Origin: Spirochaetota bacterium
Lineage (GTDB): Bacteria; Spirochaetota; UBA4802; UBA5550
Length of the DNA stretch: 64,000 bases
Direction of reading: 5' to 3'
Assembly: GCA_963664815.2 (NCBI GenBank)
Contig: CAXXHB010000003.1
Location: 2,656,001-2,720,000 of the forward strand
Shown here: positions 39,685-49,938 of the stretch, piece after piece
Layout of the letters: each line of letters opens with the position of its first letter
How positions within the stretch are numbered: the stretch's first letter is position 1
The notes under the pieces: model-generated
What the model was told of the DNA's origin: nothing
Seen by the model: only the letters and a program-made list of their open reading frames with translations
The model's database searches: none
Program-made: the position numbers and the translations under genes

Positions 39685-40842
39685 ATGAACATAGGTATTA
39701 TTATTTTTATAGTGATTACTGCAATTGTTTTTATTGCAATATCGGCAATTTATTATGCAGGCAGAAAGGGTGTTAAGCCACTGCGTAAAATAATTGAAGA
39801 CATTAATGAAATTACATCAACATCCGACTTAAAAAAAAGAATTATTGTTGATTCCACCAGTGATATCAACAAACTGGCCGCGAACTTCAACAGTCTCATG
39901 AATCACACAACAGGTATATTACGGCAGATTGATGATATATCTCTTAAGCTGGCCGCATCATCTACCGGGCTTTCATATATAAGCTCAACATTCAAAGACA
40001 CTACGCAGACTCAGGCCACAAGCTCAAACGAAATTTTAAGTCTAATCGGTCATATTACCGACCTGATTAATACAATTGCACGACTTTCAAGCGAACAGCT
40101 TGAAATATTCATTTCACAACGTCAGCTAATTGGAGATCTTTACAGCGGAATAACAAGAGTTAACGAGCAATCCGACAAAACCATGACTCTCTCAGTTGAT
40201 GTTTCTGCCAAGGCAAAGAATGGAGAGATATCATTATCCACCATGAACGAAAGCATGTCAAGAGTAAAGGAGAGTTCCAATGATATGGTTAAGATCATTG
40301 AAATAATAAATGATATTTCTGACAGGATAAATCTTCTCTCCCTAAATGCTTCGATTGAAGCTGCAAGAGCCGGGGATGCCGGGAGAGGGTTTGCTGTCGT
40401 CGCAGAGGAGATATCCAAGCTTGCAGACCAGACCGCTACCAGCACAAAGAATATAGATTCTCTGATTAAAGTTAATAATGATGAGATATCCCGAGAAATA
40501 CAGAATATTAATTCAACTACAAAAATACTTACGGAGATTATTGACGGTGTTGAAAATATGAAAAAGGAGGTTGAGGATATTCAGGTTTCCACAAGGGAAC
40601 AGAAAATAATTGCAGAAAAAGTAAGGAACAACGCAGGTAATATTTATTCACGGGCGGAAAACATAAATACAACAGCCACAGCTCAAAAAAATGAAGTCGA
40701 TCTCATCGGACATTCTGTGGATACAATAGGAGAACAGACAACAGCTGTAATTGCCGGTTCAGAAGAGATAGCTGCAAATTCAGCGGATATCGCCGGAATG
40801 GCAAATCAGCTCAGAGATAAACTTTCACAATTTAAAATTTGA
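39685..40842 (+). CDS. Methyl-accepting chemotaxis protein (1 TM + HAMP + signalling domain)
   Basis: [33 protein letters not shown]; HAMP (PL...DL..RI...DI..LA..FN); GAGGA RBS. Confidence 0.92.
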   Translation: MNIGIIIFIVITAIVFIAISAIYYAGRKGVKPLRKIIEDINEITSTSDLKKRIIVDSTSDINKLAANFNSLMNHTTGILRQIDDISLKLAASSTGLSYISSTFKDTTQTQATSSNEILSLIGHITDLINTIARLSSEQLEIFISQRQLIGDLYSGITRVNEQSDKTMTLSVDVSAKAKNGEISLSTMNESMSRVKESSNDMVKIIEIINDISDRINLLSLNASIEAARAGDAGRGFAVVAEEISKLADQTATSTKNIDSLIKVNNDEISREIQNINSTTKILTEIIDGVENMKKEVEDIQVSTREQKIIAEKVRNNAGNIYSRAENINTTATAQKNEVDLIGHSVDTIGEQTTAVIAGSEEIAANSADIAGMANQLRDKLSQFKI

Positions 40843-40904
40843 GTTTTCTATAATAAAAGTATAATAAAAAAGCACGGGAATTACTAGTGGATTAAATCAT
40901 TATT

Positions 40905-41990
40905 CTAAAAAGCTTCTTTTGCCAATATATATATATTTAAATCACCATTATCATTATAACCGACATCGAGTCTTGCGTTTATATGCTCGTCAGTATCCAA
41001 TATAAATCTCAACCCTCCTCCCCCGGTATAATGCAGATCGCCGATATTATACTCGGGAAGAGAATTCTGAACTTCTCCGGTTCCTGCAAATAATACACCT
41101 GCAATTCTCCATACCAGAGGAAATCTGTACTCAGCCTGAACAGCAATACTGCTTTTATCAATATATCTGTTTTCCAGCAAGCCACGCATCATCATGTCCC
41201 CCCCTATACCGCAGAGAGACTGCAGAGGTACTGTTCCAAAAGTATATCCAGATGTAACCTGCAAAGCCAGAACATGATCCCCTGTAATACCATAATAATA
41301 ACTGCCATCTAATGTATGCTTCGAATAACTAAACTCACTGAGTACTTCATCTCTTTGAAAAATGCTCCTGGCCTTCAGATAAATACCTTCCGTGGGGTAA
41401 AAAATACTGTTCCTTGTGTCAAACTGAACTGACAGTCCTGCTCCCACTTCATTCAAACCATTTTTACCAGGAATATCACTTTCCCGGAGAAGACCATTCT
41501 TCTTCTTATATTTAACTACACTATGCATCATGTGTAATGCAGGTCCGATATATAATCCATCTATAAAACAATATTGAAATGCCAGATCACACCATAAATC
41601 CTTTGACCTGTAATTTTCTTCAGCTTTTGCCGCAGTATCTGGCCCGATCCCCCAGAAAGAAGATAAATCTTTATTAAATTCTCCCGAACCGGAAAGCTTA
41701 AACTTTCCCCCTCCCAGAAAAATTTCATTTTCAAGACCAAGGGTAAACTGCTTTTTCTGTGTGCATTGGGTATAAAATGTAAATTCATCCGGAGTATCAA
41801 AATCTCCGTTGATTTCATTTTTATAAGAAGTCACAATATAAGCTCCCAGGCCAACACCAGTATCCGGCGTATAGTATGGAGCTATTATCGGAACAATATT
41901 CCATTTGTCATTTTCATCATCCCGGGCTGATAATGATCCAGCTGATATAATAAAAATCGAAACAGCAGCTATTGCTAAAAAAATTCTCAT
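40905..41990 (-). CDS. Omp85/BamA-TamA-like outer-membrane beta-barrel lacking POTRA domains
   Basis: Signal peptide, PYYTPDTG, FDTRNSIFYP..G, GG..MMRG, QAEYRFP, GGGLRF, terminal EAF. Confidence 0.8.
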   Translation of the reverse strand: MRIFLAIAAVSIFIISAGSLSARDDENDKWNIVPIIAPYYTPDTGVGLGAYIVTSYKNEINGDFDTPDEFTFYTQCTQKKQFTLGLENEIFLGGGKFKLSGSGEFNKDLSSFWGIGPDTAAKAEENYRSKDLWCDLAFQYCFIDGLYIGPALHMMHSVVKYKKKNGLLRESDIPGKNGLNEVGAGLSVQFDTRNSIFYPTEGIYLKARSIFQRDEVLSEFSYSKHTLDGSYYYGITGDHVLALQVTSGYTFGTVPLQSLCGIGGDMMMRGLLENRYIDKSSIAVQAEYRFPLVWRIAGVLFAGTGEVQNSLPEYNIGDLHYTGGGGLRFILDTDEHINARLDVGYNDNGDLNIYILAKEAF

Positions 41991-42180
41991 GACACATATG
42001 TCAATTAAAGTACTATTTTTTACAACTATAATTAAACACACCTTAATTAGAATTCTGCCAAAATTTTTAAATACATAAATAAATATTTTCTAAAATTTAA
42101 ATATTGCTGGACTAAAATTCTAATTTTTCAATTTCTTTGTATTATTAATTCTTAAAACTTAAATAAAGTGAATACAGATA

Positions 42181-43446
42181 ATGCAATCAGAAAAGTTCAA
42201 AGACATAATTGCCTCAACAAGACAGGATATGCTTACATTACTCCGGAAAACCATACAAATTCCAAGCATTAGCGGTAACGAAAAAGAATTAACAGAATTT
42301 ATCCGTTACTGGAGCGGGCTCAAAGGACTTGAGACTGATCTTTTTGAAATAGATCCTGCCGGCTTATACAGATTTTACCTGACTCAGCCGAAACATATCC
42401 CATTTCATGAAAGGCCGGCCCTTGTCGTAAAATTACAAGGAAATGTAAAAAAAAGAAACCTGATATTCAATGCACATACGGATACAGTCTCTGTTGGTGA
42501 AAAAAACCACTGGAAAAAAGATCCATTTTCAGGTGAATATTCAGATGGAAATATATATGGACGTGGTGCTTGTGATACGAAGGGTGCTCTTGTATCAGCA
42601 TTATGGTCAATGTATGTGATAAGTATATCTATACCTGAAAACGACAGAGGAGATATTTTTCTTGAACTGATCCCGGGGGAAGAGGACTGCGTCGGTCTTG
42701 GTACGCTTGGTTGTATAAGCCGTGGCTACAAAGCTGACGCCTCAATAATACTTGAGCCAACCGAGAGTCTTCCCAGATGTGCATCAAGAGGGGGTCTGAG
42801 ATTCAGAATAACTGCACACGGAAAAGCAATTCATGGAACAGTCAAATGGCTTGGAACTGATTCAATAAAAAGCATAAGAAAAATTCTTAACACCATTGAT
42901 CAACTAGAAAACCGCTGGAATGATCGCAAAGCTGATCCGCTCTTCGATTCATATCCCATCGCACGTCCGGTAACTATTGACAAGGTAGAGGGGGGGCAAT
43001 GGCAGGGGATGGTCTGTGATAAATGTATCTGTGAAGGATACTTTGAACTCCTCCCTGACGATGAACTTGTTCAGTGGCAGACGAAGTTTACATCCGAATT
43101 AAAAGAGATGCTTCCTGATGAAAATATTGAAATTTCTTTCAGCGAGAATTATTACGGCCACAGAACCTCTCCAGACAGTGAACTCTGTCGCTATTCTGAA
43201 GAGTCTGTAAAAAATAATAATTCATATAATCATCTGATATGGAAGGGATGGTCAGCCTTCAACTCCGGATGCGAATCGGGGATAAGATCTCGATTACACG
43301 GCACGCCTACTATTGTCTGGGGGCCTGGATGCGTCACTGAAGCCCATTCGCCAAATGAGTTTGTCAGGTTTACAGATGTTGAACTATGTACAGAATTATT
43401 TACAAACACAGTTCTTAAGTGGGTCACCTGTGATAAAAATTCTTAG
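42181..43446 (+). CDS. M20/ArgE-DapE family metallo-amidohydrolase
   Basis: NAHTDTV, YGRGACDTKG, GEED, EPT, AHSPNE. Confidence 0.9.
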   Translation: MQSEKFKDIIASTRQDMLTLLRKTIQIPSISGNEKELTEFIRYWSGLKGLETDLFEIDPAGLYRFYLTQPKHIPFHERPALVVKLQGNVKKRNLIFNAHTDTVSVGEKNHWKKDPFSGEYSDGNIYGRGACDTKGALVSALWSMYVISISIPENDRGDIFLELIPGEEDCVGLGTLGCISRGYKADASIILEPTESLPRCASRGGLRFRITAHGKAIHGTVKWLGTDSIKSIRKILNTIDQLENRWNDRKADPLFDSYPIARPVTIDKVEGGQWQGMVCDKCICEGYFELLPDDELVQWQTKFTSELKEMLPDENIEISFSENYYGHRTSPDSELCRYSEESVKNNNSYNHLIWKGWSAFNSGCESGIRSRLHGTPTIVWGPGCVTEAHSPNEFVRFTDVELCTELFTNTVLKWVTCDKNS

Positions 43447-43713
43447 GACATGCTGGATTTAACTACAACCTGAATACACATCGCAGTCTGATAAATATAT
43501 ATTAAAAATTTGCAGATCATTACAGCTTTCAATATTTAAGTTGACAGGTATTCGCATAATAATATGTTATCATCTTTTGAAAGAAAAAAATACTATATTA
43601 TTTACATTGGTTCAATTGTGCTTCTCAATTTTAAAAAGTCCCGCTAAGGGCAGACAGAGAAATAAAACAATTTTCTTGTAACATATCCAATATTTTTTTT
43701 AAGAGATAAAATA

Positions 43714-44073
43714 ATGATTTTGCAATGGCTCCCCCTGTTTATTCTCGGTGCATTGGCAGAAAGCACATTCCAGATATTCTTTAAAAAAGGCGCCATGGAC
43801 AATGGCGATTTACCCGGTATTCAGTACTTTTTAAAGCTTTTAACAAACCGGTGGATAATATCAGGACTTTTAGTCAGCATACTTGAAATGGTTATATGGG
43901 TAACACTTCTCTCAAATATACCTTTATCCATTGCTTTCCCGATAACCGGCATGCAGAAAATATTTCTGATTTTTTTTACCGCCTTCGTACTTAAAGAGAA
44001 GGTTTATAAAGCAGAATGGATCGGTATCGGGCTGGTAACTCTTGGTATAGTTGTTATAGCCTGCTCCGGCTGA
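43714..44073 (+). CDS. SMR/EamA (ArnE/ArnF-like) 4-TM transporter subunit
   Basis: QIFFKKG, W...LS.IPLSIAFP, FVLKEKV...WIGIGL. Confidence 0.85.
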   Translation: MILQWLPLFILGALAESTFQIFFKKGAMDNGDLPGIQYFLKLLTNRWIISGLLVSILEMVIWVTLLSNIPLSIAFPITGMQKIFLIFFTAFVLKEKVYKAEWIGIGLVTLGIVVIACSG

Positions 44074-44106
44074 CAAAAAAATTCCAACTTATAGCGAATA
44101 ACAATA

Positions 44107-45153
44107 ATGAAATTAATAAACCGAATAGAACCGGAAAATCTGATTAATACATTCATGGCTGAACCTCCGGAGGGATTTCAATCTATCTCAATTGATACCG
44201 GTAATGGATTTATCCCAGGGTTTATAATGAAATTCAACATTCTGACTACTACTGATGAGAAGATTAAAAAACTTCTGTCAAAAGTCGGATTTCTGATTCC
44301 AAAACCAAAAGCCATGTTTATTGGAACAACTGTCACGGAATATTCCATTTTCCCGGAAGATATTCCACCGGATAAAACAAGAAAACTGATTCTTTCCAGA
44401 CTTAAAGAGATCAGATCTTCATTCCTTATTGTTAAAGACATACCACTTGATTCACCGCTATTGTCAGATGAAGAGAATCGTGCTTCAAAAGAGATTATGA
44501 AGAATCTTGAAGAGAATAAATTCCAGATAATTTACGGTGAAGCCCTCGCATTTGTAAGAATTAATATAAATTCGATTGATGAGTATTTGAAACTTTTCTC
44601 CCGCTCCAGAAGAAAGGATATCAAGAGAAAGCTTAAATCTAAGGATGAAATAACTGTTGAGGAGATAAGTACCGGGGATCCATTCTTTGATAATGAAACT
44701 GTTTCTTTTCTTTATATGTTATATATGAATGTTTACAATCAAAGTACAATTCATTTCGATCTCCTGACCGAATCATTTTTCAAAAGACTTTTTCAGGAAG
44801 AAAACGGTTTAGTTTTTTTATACCGGAATAATGGAAAAATTATCGGTTTTAATTTATGCTATCGGGCAGGTAATAAACTGATAGATAAGTATATAGGTCT
44901 GGATTATCCTGATGCAAGGACATTTAATCTATATTTTGTAAGCTGGATTAACAATATTGATTACTGTATAAAAAACAGGCTTGAATTCTTTGTAGCAGGA
45001 TGGTCAGATCCTGAAATTAAAGCAAATCTAGGTTCTGAATTTACTTTTACATACCATGCAATTTATCTTAAAAATCCGCTACTAAGGTTTATTTTAAAAA
45101 AGATCAAATTCCTCCTGGAAGCTGATAAAAACCTGCTTGAAAAATTGAAGTGA
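44107..45153 (+). CDS. FemAB/BioF2-like GNAT-fold transferase
   Basis: LIVKDIP, IDEYL...SRSRRKDIKRK, LIDKYIGLDY, LYFVSW, GWSDPEIKA.LG. Confidence 0.75.
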   Translation: MKLINRIEPENLINTFMAEPPEGFQSISIDTGNGFIPGFIMKFNILTTTDEKIKKLLSKVGFLIPKPKAMFIGTTVTEYSIFPEDIPPDKTRKLILSRLKEIRSSFLIVKDIPLDSPLLSDEENRASKEIMKNLEENKFQIIYGEALAFVRININSIDEYLKLFSRSRRKDIKRKLKSKDEITVEEISTGDPFFDNETVSFLYMLYMNVYNQSTIHFDLLTESFFKRLFQEENGLVFLYRNNGKIIGFNLCYRAGNKLIDKYIGLDYPDARTFNLYFVSWINNIDYCIKNRLEFFVAGWSDPEIKANLGSEFTFTYHAIYLKNPLLRFILKKIKFLLEADKNLLEKLK

Positions 45154-45156
45154 TTA

Positions 45157-46062
45157 TTAACGATCTTTATAATCAAACATCTTCAGGTGAGAGATAATTC
45201 TATAGTTAAGAGCTGCATGTTTCTCTCTTTCATAAACCAGATTGCTTAAAGGAATTTCAGCACCATCCAGCCTGCGCAGAAGCCCCTTAATATAATTTTT
45301 ATATTTATAGGTTGATAGATCACCTGTGATATCAGCGGCTATTAAATTTTCAGAAAGAAGATCAATACAATCAAAAAGTTGATTTTCAGTCATATTTCCC
45401 TGATCCCAATATGTGTTTATACATTCTCTCTGCAGAACATCTTTATCAATGGATAAATAGATCTTTTCATCCTTCTGGATCAGTTCATCTTTAATAAAAC
45501 TCAGAAGATTTTTTTCAGAACTTACCATCTCATGAATCCCATTCCTGCTCAATAAAAAAGCCGCATTGGATACACGCTTGAAGCAGTAATACTCCACCTT
45601 ACCTTTTCTTAAAAGAGAAAACCTGTTCTGGACAAGGTTTAAACCATTAATATCCTGCGATGTAATCCCGATTACAGACACCCTCCTGACATTCGGAAGT
45701 CTTGCAGCATGGTATACCCAAGAAGCACAGTGGATACCAAAGGGTATATACATATTATCCGGATGATTATCAAAAACTATAACATGAATATTTTCAGCCG
45801 GATTGTTTTTTATAAGAAGATAGCTGAGATGATGAAAATCGCCATTGCCGATTAAATAAATACTATGTGACACGATCTCATCAATTATGTGATTTTCAAG
45901 TTTGTTCAATGCTTTAAAGGTTGAAAAATAACGTATTTTTTCCTGGAATTCACCAAGTGCGATACTGTGAATATTTTCATCTTTAATCAATGATCCATCA
46001 ATATCCAGGATAAGGACTTTTTTTAGTAATTCAGTTGTAATCAAAATAAATATCTCTTGCAC
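45157..46062 (-). CDS. Ureohydrolase (arginase-like) family protein
   Basis: GNGDFHHLS, FDNHPD, HCASWV, YLSIDKDVL, WDQG, AADITGD. Confidence 0.8.
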   Translation of the reverse strand: MQEIFILITTELLKKVLILDIDGSLIKDENIHSIALGEFQEKIRYFSTFKALNKLENHIIDEIVSHSIYLIGNGDFHHLSYLLIKNNPAENIHVIVFDNHPDNMYIPFGIHCASWVYHAARLPNVRRVSVIGITSQDINGLNLVQNRFSLLRKGKVEYYCFKRVSNAAFLLSRNGIHEMVSSEKNLLSFIKDELIQKDEKIYLSIDKDVLQRECINTYWDQGNMTENQLFDCIDLLSENLIAADITGDLSTYKYKNYIKGLLRRLDGAEIPLSNLVYEREKHAALNYRIISHLKMFDYKDR

Positions 46063-46125
46063 AATATGTTGATGTATTATTACTGATGCATTTAATGAAA
46101 TAATGGAGTAAATAAAGTTGTCAAT

Positions 46126-46503
46126 ATGTTAAATAAATTATATGAAAATATTAAAATAGTTTTAGTCTGGGTTATGCTACTTTCATGCGACACAGTGGCG
46201 CAGCTTTTATTAAAAATCGGAGCTGATAAAACAGTAAATTCCTCTATGAAAATCAACCTGTATATCATTGCCGGTTACAGTACTCTTGTGCTTTCATTTA
46301 TAGCATGGATGCAGATTCTTAAATATACACGTCTGTCAATTGCCGAAGCATTAACATCTCTTCTCTATATAACCATTGCTTTTACATCATTCTTTTTTAT
46401 GAAAGAACCTATCACCCCCTCTATTGTTATAGGTACAATATTAATAACAGCCGGTGTATCTATAATTAGTTTCAGCGAAGGAAACAGGGAAGAAAAAGAC
46501 TAA
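46126..46503 (+). CDS. SMR/EamA (ArnE/ArnF-like) 4-TM transporter subunit
   Basis: AQLLLKIG, WMQILK..LSIA..LTSL.Y, FMKEPI, GTILI.AGV. Confidence 0.85.
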   Translation: MLNKLYENIKIVLVWVMLLSCDTVAQLLLKIGADKTVNSSMKINLYIIAGYSTLVLSFIAWMQILKYTRLSIAEALTSLLYITIAFTSFFFMKEPITPSIVIGTILITAGVSIISFSEGNREEKD

Positions 46504-46654
46504 ACAACATACCCGATATTGTACATTTGTAAAAAATTCCGCATTAAATATTATAAATTTGTATAATATTAAGTTGACTTTAACTGACAATTATATTTTA
46601 TTAACTTCAGGGTTTTTTTGACCTTTCATTTAGAAAACTTATCAATAAAAGATT

Positions 46655-47002
46655 ATGTTACTATATAATAAATATCCCCAATATCTCAGACAACTTAGTT
46701 TTTTAATATTACTGGGTGTGGTTTTCTTTATATTATCTGATGTTTATCTGGATAATCTGATTGATCAAAATGATGACTACAATACTTTCATTGTAGTTCA
46801 AAGCGCAAATGACTATGAAGACAATAAATTTTTTGAATCGTTGGCGTTTCATCCACCTTTATTATTATTGAACGACTTCTGCCTTAATATCAGACAAATT
46901 GATCAAATATGTCTGATTTATAATTATACAAGAGCAGAAGAAATCAACATACCTGATTACAAATACAAATTATCGATCTGGAGTAGAGGCTCTTTCTCAT
47001 AA
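46655..47002 (+). CDS. Small hypothetical protein with one N-terminal TM segment
   Basis: 115-aa ORF filling the gap between cluster genes; no recognisable motif. Confidence 0.4.
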   Translation: MLLYNKYPQYLRQLSFLILLGVVFFILSDVYLDNLIDQNDDYNTFIVVQSANDYEDNKFFESLAFHPPLLLLNDFCLNIRQIDQICLIYNYTRAEEINIPDYKYKLSIWSRGSFS

Positions 47003-47270
47003 TTGTATCTTCTTAACATTATACATTTATTCAAATTAATAATATTTATACTGAGTCATTATATTGCATATTTGATTTTGTATTTAATTTTATGGAGAAA
47101 TTTTACAGTTCTTAATGATATTCATGCTAAGATGTCTTAAGTGATTTTTTATGAAAAAGTAACTATTTTCACTATCAATGGTGTTTAAATTATTGAAGCA
47201 GAGCTGAAAATGAAAATAAATTAGATGCAGAATAGGATCGCACATATAAATCGATAATAAGGAAAATAAA

Positions 47271-48629
47271 ATGCTGAATAACATATTAAAAAAACAGCCA
47301 GGTGCAAATCTGGAAACTTCTCTTGAAGAATCAAAAAAATGGTTCGAACGCGCTAAAAAAGTTCTTGCCGGGGGAGTAAGCAGTTCAGCAAGGATGCCTG
47401 CAGCCGGTACAATCCAGACTCCTCTTTACATAAAAAAAGGTAAAGGAAGCAGAGTATGGGATCTTGACGGCAATGAATTCGTAGACCACCTTTTCAGCTA
47501 CGGCAGCCTTATAGCAGGTCACAGCCATCCGAAACTTGTAAAAGCAGTAGAAACCCAGATAAAACTTGGAACAATGTTCGGAACCTGCAATACCGCAGAA
47601 GTTGAGCTTGCCGAGCAGATATGTCAAATGGTGCCATGCGCCGACCTTGTACGTTATGCCAATTCAGGGTCCGAAGCAATTGCCGGGGCAATCCGCGCAG
47701 CAAGAGGATATACAGGAAAAAACAAAATACTTAAATTTGAAGGCCATTACCACGGCTGGGTTGACCAGCTTGCAGTAAGCCAAAGACCAACGGCTGAGGA
47801 GGCTGGTGATTTTAAATCCCCGAACAGCAGACCTCATTCAAAAGGAATTCCTCAGGGTGTAGTTGACGATGTAATCATCTGCCCATGGAATGAGCCCCAG
47901 ATATTAAAAGATATATTAAACAAAAATGACGGGAAGATAGCAGCAATAATAGCTGAACCACTTGTAGCGAATAATGCATGTATAATGCCTATTCCTGGTT
48001 ACCTGGAATTGATCAGGACGGAATCTTCACGTCGAGGTATTGTACTTATATTTGATGAAATTGTAACAGGTTTTCGTGTAGCTCCAGGAGGAGCGCAGGA
48101 GTTATATGGTATTACGCCTGACCTTGCAGTATACAGCAAAGCAATCGGTGGAGGTATGCCTCTAAGTGCCTTTGCTGGAAAACGTGAAATCATGGAACCG
48201 ATAGCGAAGAATACTGTAAAACATGGTGGAACATACAATGGTAACCCCATATGTGCAGTAACCGCTCTGGAAACCTTAAAACTTGTTAATGATAAATCAT
48301 CTCTTAAAAAGGCTTACAATTCAGGAAATGTGCTGATCGAAGCAATAAAACGTGAGGCAAAAGCTAATAATGTAAAATGTATCGTTCATGGAGTCGGACC
48401 GATGTTCCAGGTTCTCTTCACTGAACGTGAAAATGTTACAAATTATAGACATCTTTTTGAAGTTGATACTGCAAAGTTTGGAATTTTCAGAGATACACTT
48501 CTGCGACATGGTGTTCATATTAATGGTTCATACTCGGCCTGCTGGTTTGTTTCAACAGTACACACAAAAGATGACGCAGAAATAGCAATTAAAGCGATAC
48601 ATAAAGGAATGAAAAAAATAAAAAGCTGA
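47271..48629 (+). CDS. Class III PLP aminotransferase (glutamate-1-semialdehyde aminomutase-like)
   Basis: WDLDGNEFVD, NSGSEA, KFEGHYHG, FDEIVTGFR, YSKAIGGGMP (PLP Lys), GTYNGNP. Confidence 0.9.
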   Translation: MLNNILKKQPGANLETSLEESKKWFERAKKVLAGGVSSSARMPAAGTIQTPLYIKKGKGSRVWDLDGNEFVDHLFSYGSLIAGHSHPKLVKAVETQIKLGTMFGTCNTAEVELAEQICQMVPCADLVRYANSGSEAIAGAIRAARGYTGKNKILKFEGHYHGWVDQLAVSQRPTAEEAGDFKSPNSRPHSKGIPQGVVDDVIICPWNEPQILKDILNKNDGKIAAIIAEPLVANNACIMPIPGYLELIRTESSRRGIVLIFDEIVTGFRVAPGGAQELYGITPDLAVYSKAIGGGMPLSAFAGKREIMEPIAKNTVKHGGTYNGNPICAVTALETLKLVNDKSSLKKAYNSGNVLIEAIKREAKANNVKCIVHGVGPMFQVLFTERENVTNYRHLFEVDTAKFGIFRDTLLRHGVHINGSYSACWFVSTVHTKDDAEIAIKAIHKGMKKIKS

Positions 48630-48750
48630 TCCTCCAGTTACAGGTTGGATAAATAAAAACAGGAAACCTATCGGAATATTTGAAAAGGTTTCTTCCGGTT
48701 GCAAAACAGGAATATTTGTAACCGTTAATTATAACAATGAAGGTTAACAT

Positions 48751-49494
48751 ATGAATAAACAGATATCAGTTAAAGAAAAAAAATATACAGACAGTATGCC
48801 TGAAGCTGAAATTTCTCAATTATGGATAGATTTTGACGGAACAATAACAAAAAAAGATACCCTTGATGAGCTTATTAAAAATTACTCAATTGACAATTCG
48901 TGGGAACTGATTGAGCAGCGGTGGCAATCGGGATTTATAGGTTCCAGACAGTGTCTCGAAGAGGAATTTGCGCTGCTTCGAATACCTAAAAGTAAATTGC
49001 ACAAAGCGATTGAAAATATAGAAGTTGATGAGGGTATCTTTGAACTGCTCAAAATCATGAGATCACATTCAATTCCCGTTGCCATATTGAGTGATGGAGT
49101 TGATATATTCATAAAACAGATACTGAAAAACAATGGAATCACAGGCATGCCAATCCGCTCCAACACTATTGCTTATAATGATCCATATCTTAAATTGCTG
49201 TGCCCTCACAGCAATCCGAAGTGTGATGTAGGGGCTGCACATTGTAAATGTTCTTCCATGTATGCTCTTGGCAGCTTTGATAAAAGATCAATCTATATTG
49301 GAGACGGGCTTAGTGATTATTGTGCAGCACGTCATTCTGATTTTATCTTTGCAAAAGGCGCCTTAGCCAAACGTCTGGAAAAAGAAAATATCCCGTTTTG
49401 TGAATTCAACGATCTTTCCGATGTCTCAGAGACTCTTGTTGAAATATGGGGCACAGAGGAAAGGAGTGCCAGCAGTTTGAAAAGAAGCAAATAA
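48751..49494 (+). CDS. MtnX-like HAD-IB phosphatase
   Basis: DFDGTIT, ILSDG, CKC, YIGDGLSD, FIFAK. Confidence 0.9.
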   Translation: MNKQISVKEKKYTDSMPEAEISQLWIDFDGTITKKDTLDELIKNYSIDNSWELIEQRWQSGFIGSRQCLEEEFALLRIPKSKLHKAIENIEVDEGIFELLKIMRSHSIPVAILSDGVDIFIKQILKNNGITGMPIRSNTIAYNDPYLKLLCPHSNPKCDVGAAHCKCSSMYALGSFDKRSIYIGDGLSDYCAARHSDFIFAKGALAKRLEKENIPFCEFNDLSDVSETLVEIWGTEERSASSLKRSK

Positions 49495-49507
49495 ATCTTT
49501 TTCAATT

Positions 49508-49549
49508 ATAGTACTTTATGCAGAATTGTAATTTTACATAAAGTACTAT
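49508..49549. terminator. Long AT-rich hairpin between convergent genes
   Basis: atagtactttatg/cataaagtactat 13-bp arms plus inner pairing. Confidence 0.55.
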
Positions 49550-49579
49550 TCACTTTACCGGCATTAAATCGAAAATTAC

Positions 49580-49936
49580 TCATATAACAAATATAATAAA
49601 AAGCAGACTGAAAATCAGAACTATTAGTTGAATTATAAAATATGTCTTAGCTTTATTATAGTCATTTCCTGAAATTCCGATAAGAAACGGACTTGCAGCA
49701 AAAAACAGACAGGCGGCAGACTTCAAAAAATGTTTTTCCAGAACAAAACTGAATGCATAAAACATCAGAATTAAAATATACATCATCAGACCTACAGCAA
49801 GACCAACAGTAAGTTTATGAACTCTTCTTGCTCTGAACTTTTTATTGTATGTTTTCATACCAAAATAAACTCCTGTAAAAAACAGAGAGTTTACGGCAAT
49901 AGCTACACCTTTAAGACTATATGCAATGACATTCAT
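49580..49936 (-). CDS. Hypothetical 4-TM membrane protein
   Basis: Four hydrophobic segments; 2 nt downstream of the hydrolase gene. Confidence 0.7.
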   Translation of the reverse strand: MNVIAYSLKGVAIAVNSLFFTGVYFGMKTYNKKFRARRVHKLTVGLAVGLMMYILILMFYAFSFVLEKHFLKSAACLFFAASPFLIGISGNDYNKAKTYFIIQLIVLIFSLLFIIFVI

Positions 49937-49938
49937 AA

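Noticed and set aside
42181-43446. Calling the M20 enzyme argE
   Set aside because: M20 motifs do not define the substrate, and there is no arg operon context
46655-47002. Ribosome-arrest leader peptide of the RAPP/RGPP type
   Set aside because: The C-terminus is SRGSFS and lacks the prolines
47271-48629. Calling the aminotransferase hemL
   Set aside because: GSA-aminomutase-like, but no hem genes nearby and the N-terminal motif differs (GGVSSSARM vs GGVNSPVRA)
48751-49494. Calling the phosphatase mtnX (methionine salvage)
   Set aside because: No mtnW/mtnB/mtnD neighbours; family-level similarity only
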